Positions 43,001 to 52,974 of a stretch of DNA of 64,000 nt are shown here, piece by piece. Source of the DNA: Alphaproteobacteria bacterium. GTDB taxonomy: Bacteria > Pseudomonadota > Alphaproteobacteria > UBA828. The notes beneath the pieces were generated by a model, which was not told where the DNA came from, searched no databases, and saw only the letters and a program-made list of their open reading frames with translations. The first letter of the stretch is position 1. The number at the start of each line of letters is the position of its first letter. Location: positions 487,581 through 551,580 of the forward strand of contig CBDCRW010000003.1 of assembly GCA_965221125.1 (NCBI GenBank), in the 5' to 3' direction. A program made the position numbers and the translations under genes.

Positions 43001-43324
43001 ATGGCGCATGAGTTCGACCTCGCGGCTCTGCGCGATGCTGTGGCGCTCGGGAGGATCCGATGGCAGCTTCACGCCCTGGAACGGATGCTGGAGCGGAGCA
43101 TTTCCCGCGAAGAAGTCGTAGGCGCTATCCTGAAGGGACAGGTGATCGAGCCGTACCTGACGGACAGGCCGCTTCCAAGCTGCCTCTTGTTGCACATGGG
43201 ACAGTAACCAATCCACGTTGTCGCGGCCGTCGATGTGGAAGCGGGCATCGGCTACGTGATCACCGCCTACCGGCCGGATCTGGAGCATTTCGAGGCGGAC
43301 TACAAGACGCGAAGGAGGACTTAA
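43001..43324 (+). pseudogene. DUF4258-family putative toxin with in-frame TAA at 43205-43207
   Basis: HALERMLERSI, IEPY..PSCL then *PIHVV..ITAYRPD in the same frame. Confidence 0.8.
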
Positions 43325-43569
43325 TGAAGTCGAACGAGGGCAGATGTGCCCTGTGCGGGGGGCCGCAGGAACCGGGCACGACGGTCTTTGCCGTGGATCT
43401 GAAGACCGGAGTCGTCGTCGTCCGCGGAGTTCCGGCCCGGGTCTGCTCGCAGTGCGGCGAGGCCTGGATCGAAGATGCCGTGGCGGCGCGCCTGGAGACC
43501 ATCGTCGCCGAGGCCCGCCGGAAGCACACCGTGGTCGAGGTTATCCAGTGGGAACAGGTGGCGGCCTGA
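43324..43569 (+). CDS. YgiT-type zinc-finger putative antitoxin
   Basis: CALCGG...VPARVCSQCGE; TAATG overlap with the DUF4258 gene. Confidence 0.88.
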   Translation: MKSNEGRCALCGGPQEPGTTVFAVDLKTGVVVVRGVPARVCSQCGEAWIEDAVAARLETIVAEARRKHTVVEVIQWEQVAA

Positions 43570-43764
43570 CTGCCGCGGCAGCACGCGACATCAGCGAGTC
43601 GAACCCGGATGTTCAGTGTTCGGGTCGTTCAGGTGACGGCCTTCGTAGCGGTTGGCTCGCTGTAGCGGCACGTTTTGCTACACTCGAAACAGGGAGACCG
43701 GGTGGTGGCAACCATGATTTCGGTCTCCCTTCTTCTCCCTGCTCAGTCTCAGCTACAGCAAAGC

Positions 43765-44334
43765 GATTCATCGGTGGCAAGCTGGACCTGGCGGTGCAGC
43801 CGTTCGTCGATGCCTGGATGGCGTTTCCGGGACTGCTCCTGCTGCTGTCGGTAATGTCGCTCGCGGGAAAAGGTTTGCTGCAGATAATACTGGTCCTGGG
43901 GATATCGGGCGGCATCGGCGGCTCCCGGATCACGCGGGGGCGCCGTCATTGCGGTAAAGGAGAATCTCTACTTTCAGGCGGCGTGCGCGATCGGCGCTTC
44001 CCAGTGGACCGTGCTGGTGCGCCTCGTCCTGCCCGACATCGCGCCGCCCGTAATCATCCTGTTCGGCATCAACATCGGTGGGGTGATCATTGCCGAATCT
44101 TCATTGAGCTTCCTTGGATTCGGCCTGCCCGCACGGATACCGAGGTGGCGAGGGATGCTCAGCCGGGAAGGGCGGGTGTTCATGGAGACCGCGCCGTGGC
44201 TGGCGCTCTGGCCCGGCCTGTTCCTGACTATCACCGTCTACAGCCTGAACATGTTCGGCGACGCGATGCGGGATCTGCTCGACCCGCGTCTCAGGGGCGG
44301 TGGCGGTCGTCTCGGTACCGACCGCGCTACGTAG
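43765..44334 (+). pseudogene. DppC/OppC permease copy B, N-terminally truncated, frameshift in a G-run near 43940
   Basis: FVDAWMAFPGL, then AVIAVKEN..LVLPDI..ESSLSFLGFG..GDAMRDLLDPR in a shifted frame. Confidence 0.8.
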
Positions 44335-44417
44335 CCGGTGCGACGTACCGCGCGCTGCGCAGGTAGGTTGGAGGGACTTGCTTTCGTCCAGGCAGGAGTT
44401 TGGCTACCCTGGGCGGC

Positions 44418-45305
44418 ATGCGCTACCGTCCACTTGGCAACACCGGCCTGTCGGTCAGCGCCGTCGGTCTCGGCGGTGTACCGCTGTCCGTCCCTGAGAC
44501 GCGCCCCGACGAGGCAACCGCGATCCAGGTGATCCATCATGCCGTAGACCAGGGCGTGACCTTCATCGACACCGCGGACAGCTACGGCCGCGGCGAATCG
44601 GACATGGGCCACAACGAGCGCCTGTTTCGTATCGCCCTGGCGCAGCTCTCCGCAGACGTGCGCGCGCGGGTGGTGGTGGCAACCAAGGCCGGTCACATGC
44701 GACCCGGAGGCGCCTGGGTTCCAAACGGCCGCCCGGAGTACCTGCGTGGGCAGTGCGAGGCTTCCCTGCGCAACCTCGGCGTCGAGCGGATCGACCTCCT
44801 GCAGCACCACCGGCCCGATCCCGAGGTGCCGATCGCCGAGAGCATCGGCGCGTTTGCCCGCCTGCGCGAAGCAGGCAAGGTGCGCTTCATCGGGGTCAGC
44901 GAGTACTCGGTCTCGCAACTCGACGAGGCCCAGTCCGTGACCGCGATCGCCAGCACCCAGAACCAGTACTCGCTGGCGCACCGGCAACCCGAGCGGGACG
45001 GCACCCTGGCCGCTACCGAGACGCGGGGACTGGCATTCATCCCCTGGAGCCCACTGGGCGGCATCGCTGCCCCGCCGCATGGGGCGCGCGACCTTGCCCG
45101 ACGGCACCCTGCGGTTGCGAGACTGGCCGAGCGCCATGGCGTGAGCCCGCAGCGACTGGTGCTCGCCTGGCTGCTGGCCAAGGGGCCGCACGTGCTGGTA
45201 ATCGTGGGCGCCAGCCGGACCGCCACCATCGCGGACTCGGCACGCGCTGCCGACTTCGCGCTGGATGCCGGCGACCGCGCCCGGATCGATGCAGCGACCG
45301 CCTGA
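44418..45305 (+). CDS. Aldo/keto reductase
   Basis: LGNTGLSVS, FIDTADSY, VATK, IDLLQHHRPD, GKVRFIGVS, PWSPLGG. Confidence 0.93.
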   Translation: MRYRPLGNTGLSVSAVGLGGVPLSVPETRPDEATAIQVIHHAVDQGVTFIDTADSYGRGESDMGHNERLFRIALAQLSADVRARVVVATKAGHMRPGGAWVPNGRPEYLRGQCEASLRNLGVERIDLLQHHRPDPEVPIAESIGAFARLREAGKVRFIGVSEYSVSQLDEAQSVTAIASTQNQYSLAHRQPERDGTLAATETRGLAFIPWSPLGGIAAPPHGARDLARRHPAVARLAERHGVSPQRLVLAWLLAKGPHVLVIVGASRTATIADSARAADFALDAGDRARIDAATA

Positions 45306-45379
45306 CCTGCCGGTAGAGCTGTGAAGCGGACGCGCGGACCCGGATTGCAGTAGCATCGCTGCCATGGGGGCGAGAGGTG

Positions 45380-45817
45380 ATGGCTGAGTATATTCCGAGT
45401 CCGGAGCAGTGGGTACGTGACCAGGTGGAGCTGTATGAACGAAGCGGTGGCACCGAGGGGACCACCCTGCGCGACACCGGGCTGCCGGTAATCGTGGTGA
45501 CGCACATTGGCAACAAGACCGGCGCCATCCGCAAGACGCCGCTGATGCGGGTAGCGGATGGTGACGGTTACGTGCTGGTCGGCTCCCGGGGAGGCGCGCC
45601 AACCGATCCGGTGTGGGTGCACAACCTGCGGGCCAATCCGGCGGTGACGATCCGTGACCGCACTTCGACGCAGGAGATGCGGGCGCGTGAGGTGCAGGAT
45701 GACCCGGAGCGCGCCAGGCTATGGGACCTCGCGGTGGCCGCCTTCCCGCCCTACGCCGACTATCAGAACAAGACCGAGCGCCGGATTCCTGTATTTCGAG
45801 CCGAACCCACTGGGTAA
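45380..45817 (+). CDS. DDN-family deazaflavin (F420H2)-dependent nitroreductase/quinone reductase copy B (intact)
   Basis: G.KTG.IRKTPL, SRGGAP..P.WVHNL..NP, Y.DYQ.KT.RRIPV. Confidence 0.92.
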   Translation: MAEYIPSPEQWVRDQVELYERSGGTEGTTLRDTGLPVIVVTHIGNKTGAIRKTPLMRVADGDGYVLVGSRGGAPTDPVWVHNLRANPAVTIRDRTSTQEMRAREVQDDPERARLWDLAVAAFPPYADYQNKTERRIPVFRAEPTG

Positions 45818-45891
45818 ACCCGACCGACCACCTGCTTCACGAGCCCCGTGGTGGTACGAGCGGCTGGCGCGGCAGTTCGCCGCCTGACAGT

Positions 45892-46785
45892 TCACGCCAC
45901 CGGCGCGGCTACCGGAATGCCGTCCCGGCACACCACCGGGAAGTGCGGGCCCGCCTTCGCCATCGGCTCGCCCGCGGCCAGGTCGATGAATTCCCGCATC
46001 AGGTGGTCGCGGCCGGTGAACCGCGCCTCGCTGGTCATGTAGTGGAAGGCCAACGCCCGCCGCCGCCGTGCAGAGTCGTTCTCCGGCGACCCGTGCCAAG
46101 TCAGGGAATGGTGGAAGTGCACCTCGCCGCGCTTGACGGGCCGCGGTACCGCCACGATCTCACGGATCTCGGCGTCCTCCGGTGGGGTGAACCCCTCTCC
46201 TATCCTCGCGAAGTCCGCGAGGCTGCGCCGATCGTCCAGGGAAGCGAGGTACTCCCGCTGCTGGTCCCCCCACCGGTGCGAGCCCGGCACCATCCACATG
46301 CAGCCGTTGTCGACGTCGGCGTCGTCGAACGGCATCCACGCCGACACCGGAGTCATCGGATCGATGCTCGGCCACAGCGGTGCGTCCTGGTGCCAACCGG
46401 TGGCGCCGCCGGACCGGGCGGGCTTGTACTGCACCTGGTCGTGCCACACCTGCAGGTCGGAAAAGCCGGTGAGCTGGCTGATGCCCCTGACGATGGCGGG
46501 ATGGTAGATCAGCCGCTCGAAAGCCGTCGACGCCTCCCAGACGTTGATGATCTGCCAGACCGGGCGTGCCGGCTCGGAGGTGCGGTACACCACCGGCCGC
46601 GGACCACCGTCGGCGAAACCGTCCGGCCCGGTGGCGATGATGCGGTTCAGTTCGTGCGACAGCTCATCCAGCTCAGCGTCGTCCAGCAGCCGGCCGGCGT
46701 TCAGGAACCCGTCGCGCTGAAAGGCGCTGACCTGCTCGGGGCTGAGCCCCGCGTGGGTGGTCGGCCTCGCGTTGGTTTTCGGCAT
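45892..46785 (-). CDS. Phytanoyl-CoA dioxygenase family Fe(II)/2-oxoglutarate enzyme
   Basis: WHQD (H-x-D), NGCMWMVPGSH, HGS..N.S..RR. Confidence 0.92.
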   Translation of the reverse strand: MPKTNARPTTHAGLSPEQVSAFQRDGFLNAGRLLDDAELDELSHELNRIIATGPDGFADGGPRPVVYRTSEPARPVWQIINVWEASTAFERLIYHPAIVRGISQLTGFSDLQVWHDQVQYKPARSGGATGWHQDAPLWPSIDPMTPVSAWMPFDDADVDNGCMWMVPGSHRWGDQQREYLASLDDRRSLADFARIGEGFTPPEDAEIREIVAVPRPVKRGEVHFHHSLTWHGSPENDSARRRRALAFHYMTSEARFTGRDHLMREFIDLAAGEPMAKAGPHFPVVCRDGIPVAAPVA

Positions 46786-46824
46786 TGTCACCTCGGTGCC
46801 CGAAGTCTGCGGCCAAGGGAACCT

Positions 46825-47342
46825 CGGGTGCAAGAGGTGCGCGGCAGGACGCCGGAGCAGTGCCTCGAAGCGCGCCGGGAACTCTCGGCTCCGATCGTCG
46901 AGGCCCTGCGCGCCTGGCTCGACGCCCAGCTCGCGCGCCTGTCCGACGCCTCGGAACTGGCAAGACACATCAAATATGCGCTCCGGCGCTGGAACGGGCT
47001 GACCCGGTTCCTCCGGGTCGGCCGCGTCGAGATGGACACCAACCCGGTCGAGAACGCAATCCGCCCGATCCCTCTGACGCGCAAGAATGCGCTCTTCGCC
47101 GGCAGCGATGACGGCGCCAGGACCCGGGCCCGTTGCGCCTCTCTGCTCGGCACATGCAAGCTCAACGACATAACCCCCCAGACATACCTGACCGTGACCT
47201 CCGACGGATCGTCGACATGCACCCCATGTCGCGTATCGACGACCTCATGCCGTGGAACTTCTCCCGGTAAGTCACACCGTCACCGACGTACTGTTGTCGC
47301 CGCCACGCGCTGTCACACAGTGGGCCGTGACGCGGCGCTTAC
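46825..47342 (+). mobile_element. tnpC: IS66-family remnant: TnpC C-terminal fragment plus right inverted repeat
   Basis: YAL.RW..LTRFL..GRVEMDTNPVENAIRPI.L.RKNALFAGS, RIDDLMPWN (shifted frame); end ...CGGCGCTTAC is the reverse complement of GTAAGCG. Confidence 0.88.
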
Positions 47343-47416
47343 CCCAGTCCGAAACCGGGCGGCCGCCAATTTGCCCTTTCGGACCGGGGCGAAATCCATT
47401 AACACTCGCGCTCCCA

Positions 47417-47504
47417 GGTGAGATGCCGGAGCGGTCGAACGGGGCGGTCTCGAAACCGTTGTGCCTTATGGGTACCGTGGGTTCGAATCCCACCCTCACC
47501 GCCA
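47417..47504 (+). tRNA. tRNA-Ser(CGA), long variable arm, encoded CCA; two structural anomalies
   Basis: GGTGAGA..GCGGTCTCGAAACCGT..GGTTCGAATCC..CCTCACCGCCA. Confidence 0.88.
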
Positions 47505-47689
47505 CCCTACGCCTCCGGCCTTCAGTCGGCCGAAGCCGACTTTCGGACGGCGCAGGCCGCTTCGGGCGGCAAGCCACCTTACGGCGTAATGAACTCCCAG
47601 CGGGAAAGCTTGGCATCCGCCCTATCGCAATCGTCCACAAACAGGGTTCGCCAGCGGTCGGAGCTTGAGTAGGTGGCGGCGGAGACGGC

Positions 47690-47905
47690 ACCGACCGCGA
47701 GGCACAGGTTGGATTCTTGAGGACCAGCTTGCCGTCGGCTTTCAGCTCGAAACGCTGAAAATTGGCGGCGTTGAAGAAGATGGACGAGGTGCTGCAATCG
47801 GCGAGCATCACGGCGGCGCCCGGCAGGGCGCCCCGATTCACGCCGGCAATAGTCACGCACTTGTTGGGCGCCGGAAACCGGATATAGCCTTCCGGTGTAA
47901 ACACG
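47690..47905 (-). pseudogene. Ricin-type beta-trefoil lectin-like fragment
   Basis: FTPEGYIR..NKCVTI..GAAVMLADC..NFQRFEL..DGKL pattern. Confidence 0.45.
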
Positions 47906-48027
47906 ACGGCCGCGTCCGGCGGCAGCCCGACCTTACAATTGTGGGCGAACAGCGGGATATCCGTGCGCAGATTCCCGGGGGTGCCCGGAATGTCGATGCA
48001 ATAGCCGTCCCGCGGCCGGTCGAGACG

Positions 48028-48295
48028 GAGGGTTCCAGCGCAACATGTCGCCGAATGTCTGGTGGGCGATTACGACACCGGTCCGAATCGGCCTACCGGC
48101 AGCTTGATGATAGAACTCCTGGATGATGTGGTAGATCAGCCGCGAGACATGGCCAAACAGCCGGCGGTCGTGGCGGAAGAAGATGCGCAGCGCGTTCGGC
48201 AGCGCGAACACGAACTGGCGATGCGGCAAGTTCAGAAGCACCTCGTCAGTGAGATGCTCGGCAAATAGAAGCGTCCGTTTCTGGCTACACGACGG
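48028..48295 (-). mobile_element. IS91-family (Y2/HUH) transposase fragment
   Basis: PSCSQKR..LPHRQFVFALP..LR..IAHQTFGD.LRWNP, broken just before the HUH motif. Confidence 0.8.
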
Positions 48296-48560
48296 CGGCG
48301 GCTTCTACCGCAACTTCTTCGCCATCCTGAGGTCCGGCGCCGACCGCAGCGGCGGCGGCGGCCTGGAGCGCCTGTTGATCACCGGCGTGTCGCCGGTCAC
48401 CATGGACGACGTCACCAGCGGCTTCAACATCGGCAAGAACATCAGCCTGCACCCGGAGTTCAACGAGATGGTCGGCTCACCGAGCCGGAGGTGCGGCGCC
48501 TAGTCGAGACGGCGACGGCGCAACTCGAGCAGTACCTGGCCGACGAGCGATTGGCGCGGC
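48293..48560 (+). pseudogene. AAA-ATPase-like protein fragments (internally deleted)
   Basis: GFYRNFFA.L..LLITGVSPVTMDDVTSGFNI..FNEMVG, then jumps to QLEQYLADERL. Confidence 0.7.
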
Positions 48561-48703
48561 AGTCCCGGACGTACGTTTTATCGGCCTGGTCGTGGTGTTC
48601 CATGGCTGGGAGATGGTGCTCTGCGACGCCGTGCGGCCTTCCGTCGACCGCCCGGGTGTGGTCGGGAACGATCGGTAGTGGTACGGGACGAGCCCGCCGA
48701 GGG

Positions 48704-48930
48704 TCAAGCGTCGGCGGTCTCGAAGGCAGTGATGTTGCGGGAAGCGCGGCTGAACTCGACGCCGATGAGATGGATGGGGTCGCCGGCGGCGCGGTACTTG
48801 TCGGCGTAGCCGCGTTCCTGCAACTGGGTGAGAGCAGAACCGGGCGGCGCCATCTCGGCCACCTTGAACTCGAACAGGTAGACGTGGCCGGCGGTGCGCG
48901 GCGCCATGTCCAGACGCCCCCGCCTCGATA
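48704..48930 (-). pseudogene. PD-(D/E)XK nuclease C-terminal fragment (AAA-ATPase-associated type)
   Basis: GRLDM..YLFEFK..ALTQL..GYADKY..LIGVEFS..RNI. Confidence 0.75.
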
Positions 48931-49046
48931 GCCTCGACACTTGATCCAGGCACCGGTGCCGCGTAACGTGATCCCATGAGCAAGCTGTTCGATCTGTCCG
49001 GCAAGGGGGCGGTAGTCCCCGGTCAACGGCGGTTGTGGAGGACCCC

Positions 49047-49274
49047 ATGGACTGGCGCGACCATATAACTGTCGATCCGATGATTTGCCATGGCCGGGCG
49101 TGTGTCACAGGCACGCGGGTGCTCGTGACTACGATCCTCGATAACTTGGCAGCCGGAATGCGAGTGGAGGACGTCGTCAGGAGCTATCCGTCGATCAGCC
49201 GGCAGTCGGTCCAAGCCGCCGTAGGCTACGCGGCGGACTTGGCCAAGGAGCGAATACTGTCGTTGTCACGATAG
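49047..49274 (+). CDS. DUF433 putative antitoxin
   Basis: ITVDPMICHGRACVTGTRV..YPSI. Confidence 0.9.
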   Translation: MDWRDHITVDPMICHGRACVTGTRVLVTTILDNLAAGMRVEDVVRSYPSISRQSVQAAVGYAADLAKERILSLSR

Positions 49275-49284
49275 GGCCGGCGGC

Positions 49285-49635
49285 GTGCGCTTCAAGATGG
49301 ACGAGAACCTGCCCGCGGAGCTAGCAGAGCTGTTCCGAGAGGCAGGGCACGATGCTGTTACCGTTCTCGATCAGGAACTCGGAGGGGCAGACGATCGGGA
49401 GGTGGCATCGGTAAGCGCTCGTGAACAGCGCGCTATCGTAACGCTCGATACCGATTTCTCTGACATCCGGACATACCCGCCTCGCAGGTATTCAGGCATC
49501 GTCGTGTTGCGCCTCAACGACCAAGCGCGCGACCATATCCTGGAAGTTGGCAGGAAGCTACTCGGGGTATTACCCGACGAGATCAGTGGTCGGCTCTTCA
49601 TCGTGGAAGAGTCAAGAATTCGAGTCAGAGATTGA
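49285..49635 (+). CDS. DUF5615 PIN-like putative toxin
   Basis: RFKMDENLP, GHDA, GADD, VTLDTDF. Confidence 0.9.
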   Translation: MRFKMDENLPAELAELFREAGHDAVTVLDQELGGADDREVASVSAREQRAIVTLDTDFSDIRTYPPRRYSGIVVLRLNDQARDHILEVGRKLLGVLPDEISGRLFIVEESRIRVRD

Positions 49636-49739
49636 CGGGCCACGCCTCGCGTTGCGGAACCAAGACCGCTCCCCGCACCCGGCGGCTGTGGCGCTCGCTG
49701 AAGTACGAGGCGGCCTGCGTTCGCAGGTGGTGGCGGACG

Positions 49740-50659
49740 TGGAGATGTCCAACCTCAAGGTGCTGGCCGGAGAGGTGGACTTCCTGCGTGAGGACGCCAC
49801 CCTCGACAAGCTGGACCTGTACAAGGAGAACGAGGACCGCGCCGGCTACGAGGTCGTGCTGCTCGACATGCACGTGACCCCGACCGATCCGCGGCTCAAC
49901 CTGACCTACGACGATCCGGTGTGGCGCGAAGTCGTGAACGACGTGCGCTTCCGCAAGGCGCTGAGCGTCGCCATCAACCGCGACGAGATCATCGACGCCA
50001 TCTACTTCGGCTTCGCAACCGCCTCCACCTACGTGCCGTCGGAGTACGATCCCGACATGGCCAACCGCCTGCTGGACGAGATGGGCCTCGACCAGCGCGA
50101 CGACCAGGGATTCCGGCTCGGGCCGGACGGCAAGACCTTCGAGATTCCGTTCGAGATCGCCATGCACGCCACCGACCAGGTGCCGGTCACCGAGATGATC
50201 GCCGAGCACTGGCAGGACGTGGGCATCAAGACCACGATGAAGACCATCGAGCCCGGCCTGCAGTCCACGCGGCGCAACGCCAATGAGCTGAAGGCCGACC
50301 TGCTGTGGCACCACGGTCCCGAGCTGTGGTGGGGCGCCCTGTGGGAATTCGTACCGAGTGCGTTCGGGCGCGCCTGGTACACGTGGTTCAACACCGCGGG
50401 CGCCGAGGGCGAGGAACCGCCCGAGGACGTGAAGGCATTCATGGCCGCCATGGACCGTTCCATCGCCCGGTCGGGCGCCGAGCGGGAAGCGGCGATCGAG
50501 GAGGTGTGCGAGCGCATGATGGAGAACGTCTACATCATCCTCAACGTCGAAGACGTCAAGTACCCGCCGATCGTCAACAAGAACCTGGGCAACGTGCCCA
50601 CCGGCGGCTCCGCCATCGCCGCTAACTTCGCCGGCGAGCAGCTCTTCTTCAAGAACTAG
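49740..50659 (+). pseudogene. Peptide ABC solute-binding protein (family 5), C-terminal fragment
   Basis: DVRFRKALSVAINRDEI, YDPDMANRLLDEMGL, GFRLGPDG; no N-terminal half. Confidence 0.8.
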
Positions 50660-50734
50660 GGCGGTCCGCCCTTTCATGACCGCACCGGGTGCCGAAGCCT
50701 CGCTCCGGCACCCGTGTTGTCTGTTGCAGGCCCC

Positions 50735-51146
50735 ATGTTCGACTACATCCTCCGGCGCACCCTCCAGATCATCTCGCTGATAGTGATCATCTCGGTGCTC
50801 TCGTTCGCGATCATCGAGTTGCCGCCCGGCGACTACGTGACGATGCGCATCGTCGAGCTGGAGCAGACCGGTACCCGCGTCGACGAAGACGAGATTGCGC
50901 GGCTCACCGAGCAGTACGGCCTGGACAAGACGCTGGTGGAGCGCTACGCGCTGTGGGCCTGGAACATCATCAGCCGGGGCCACCTGGGACGCTCGTTCCA
51001 GTGGGAGCAGCCGGTGACCCAGGTGATCGGCGAACGCATCGCGCTCACCATGTCGATCTCGCTGCTGACGCTCATTTTCATCTGGGTGGTGGCGATCCCG
51101 ATCGGCATCTACGCCGCCACCCACCAGTACTCGCTCGGCGACTACG
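50735..51146 (+). pseudogene. DppB/OppB permease N-terminal half, fused in frame to GH78 pieces
   Basis: MFDYILRR..LPPGDY..YGLD..GHLGRSF..IGIYAA.HQYSLGDY, then similarity stops. Confidence 0.8.
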
Positions 51147-51149
51147 TGG

Positions 51150-52339
51150 TGCGCACCGGCTGGTTCGAGTGCTCGGAGCCGCAGGTCAACCAGCTCCACC
51201 AGAACATTGTGTGGGGGATGCGCGGCAACTTCCTGGACCTACCCACCGACTGCCCGCAACGCGACGAGCGGCTGGGCTGGACCGGGGACATCCAGGTGTT
51301 CGCCCCCACCGCTACCCTGCTCTACGACACCGCCGCCGGCTGGGGCGACGCCGCCACCGTGGTGCCGATGACTCTCGGCGCGCGCTACGGCGACCTGGAG
51401 CTGCTGCGCCGCCAGTACCCCTCCATGAAGGCGTGCGTCGAGCACGTGAGAAGCGTCTGCGACGAGCGCCGGGTGTGGGGAGACGGCTTCCAGTTCGGCG
51501 ACTGGGTGGACCCGAAGTCGCCGCCCGACGCGCCGGGAGACGCCCAGACCGACTCGTCGCTGGTGGGCACGGCGTGGTTCGCGCGCTCCGCCCAACTCGT
51601 GGCCGAGTACCGGCTGCTGCCGCAGACCGCGCTGCCGTCGTGGCTGTATCCGATCACCATGGGCGTCACCACCATCTGGGAGCGCTGGGACGCCATGCTG
51701 CCCGACGGCTCGATCAATCCCGGCGAGATGACCTCGTTCAACCACTACGCCTACGGCGCCGTGGGCTCCTGGCTGTACGAACGCATGGCCGGCCTGCGGC
51801 AATACGACGCGGAGCGCGGATGGCGGCGGTTCGTGGTTGAGCCGCACCCGGGCGGCGGGATCCGGCACGCACGCGCGGCGGTGGACACGCCCTACGGCCG
51901 CACCGAATCGAGCTGGCGCATCGATCACCCCGCCAACGCGCCGGCCACGTTCACACTGCGCGCCGTGGTACCCGCCAACACCACCGCCGCATTGTGGCTA
52001 CCTGGAGCTACAAGTGCCGTGGAGGTCGGCTCAGGCGAACACGAACTGTCGCTGGATCTGAGCGAAGCGCAGCGCCGCCGCTACCTGCCGAGCCGGGAGG
52101 GGGCACGCCTGCACCTCGATTCGCCGCTGGCGGACGTGCTCGCGGACCAAGCGGCGCGGCAGGTCCTCGTCCGCCACCGCGCCTTCGGCGTGCTGCCGCA
52201 TCCAGGGCGACGAGATACCCGCACTGTCGCTACGCGAAGCGCTGCGGTCGATGCCGCGCCCGCCCGGCAACAAGCGGCTCGACGACCTCGAACAGGACCT
52301 GATCCGCCTGTAGAGGCGCGATGGCACGGTTCAACGTAG
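51150..52339 (+). pseudogene. Alpha-L-rhamnosidase (GH78) pieces with in-frame internal deletions
   Basis: PTDCPQRDERLGWTGD, WGDA, FGDW, TTIWERWD, SFNHYAYG; long intervening segments missing. Confidence 0.8.
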
Positions 52340-52352
52340 TCCCCGCCTGACC

Positions 52353-52565
52353 TCAGGCCGGTATCACCAGCTTGCGGGTGTGGTCATCGAGACTTTGGAT
52401 CGCTTGCTGGATGGCGTCGACTTCGCGCTCATCGAAATAGGCCTCGCCGCACTGTTTGCACACCCACGCCGGCACCGTATCCACTACCAGATGGTAGCCG
52501 TTGCGATCAACATGAAACGGCGCGGTCGAACGCTTCATCTTGCCTTGGCAATGGACACAGTTCAC
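52353..52565 (-). CDS. YgiT-type zinc-finger putative antitoxin
   Basis: CVHCQG...VPAWVCKQCGE. Confidence 0.85.
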   Translation of the reverse strand: MNCVHCQGKMKRSTAPFHVDRNGYHLVVDTVPAWVCKQCGEAYFDEREVDAIQQAIQSLDDHTRKLVIPA

Positions 52566-52690
52566 TTCTTTCTCCTCGTTCGGAAATCGGGCTCCCACTC
52601 GTCAGCCGTAGTGATGTAGGCCGTGATGATCGCCAAGTAGTCCTCTTGAGGTGCGCAAACGACATGAACACCCCGCTCACCCACTCGACC
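52562..52690 (-). pseudogene. DUF4258 putative toxin, C-terminal remnant
   Basis: GVHVVCAPQEDYLAIITAY..W..DFRTRRKK*, GTGA overlap with the zinc-finger gene. Confidence 0.7.
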
Positions 52691-52974
52691 GCCCAGCGCA
52701 TCGACGAGCTACCTACCGGGGTTTGCGCCGGACTGGTCCAGGTGGCGGCGAGCATCTCGCCAGCGGTGGATGAAGATCGGGCCGACTGCTGTCAGGACTA
52801 ATGTGCCCCAAGGCCCCTTGTAATAGAGACAGCCGGCCACCGGCAGCGCAACTCGACAGCGATGGCCGCGATCGTGCAGGCGGCTCGCGTGGCGGGCCGG
52901 CTTCGATGGGCGTGCGCTTCTTACACCCTGACCGTGCAGGCTCCGGTTAGCTCAGCGAAGCCATGCGGGATTCG

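Noticed and set aside
43205-43207. Stop-codon recoding (in-frame TAA here, TAG at 58341-58343)
   Set aside because: Intact genes in the window end with TAA and TAG normally, so these are nonsense lesions or errors.
52800-52835. IS3-like inverted repeat (GGCCCCTTGTAATAGAGACA)
   Set aside because: Weak resemblance only; no partner end or transposase.
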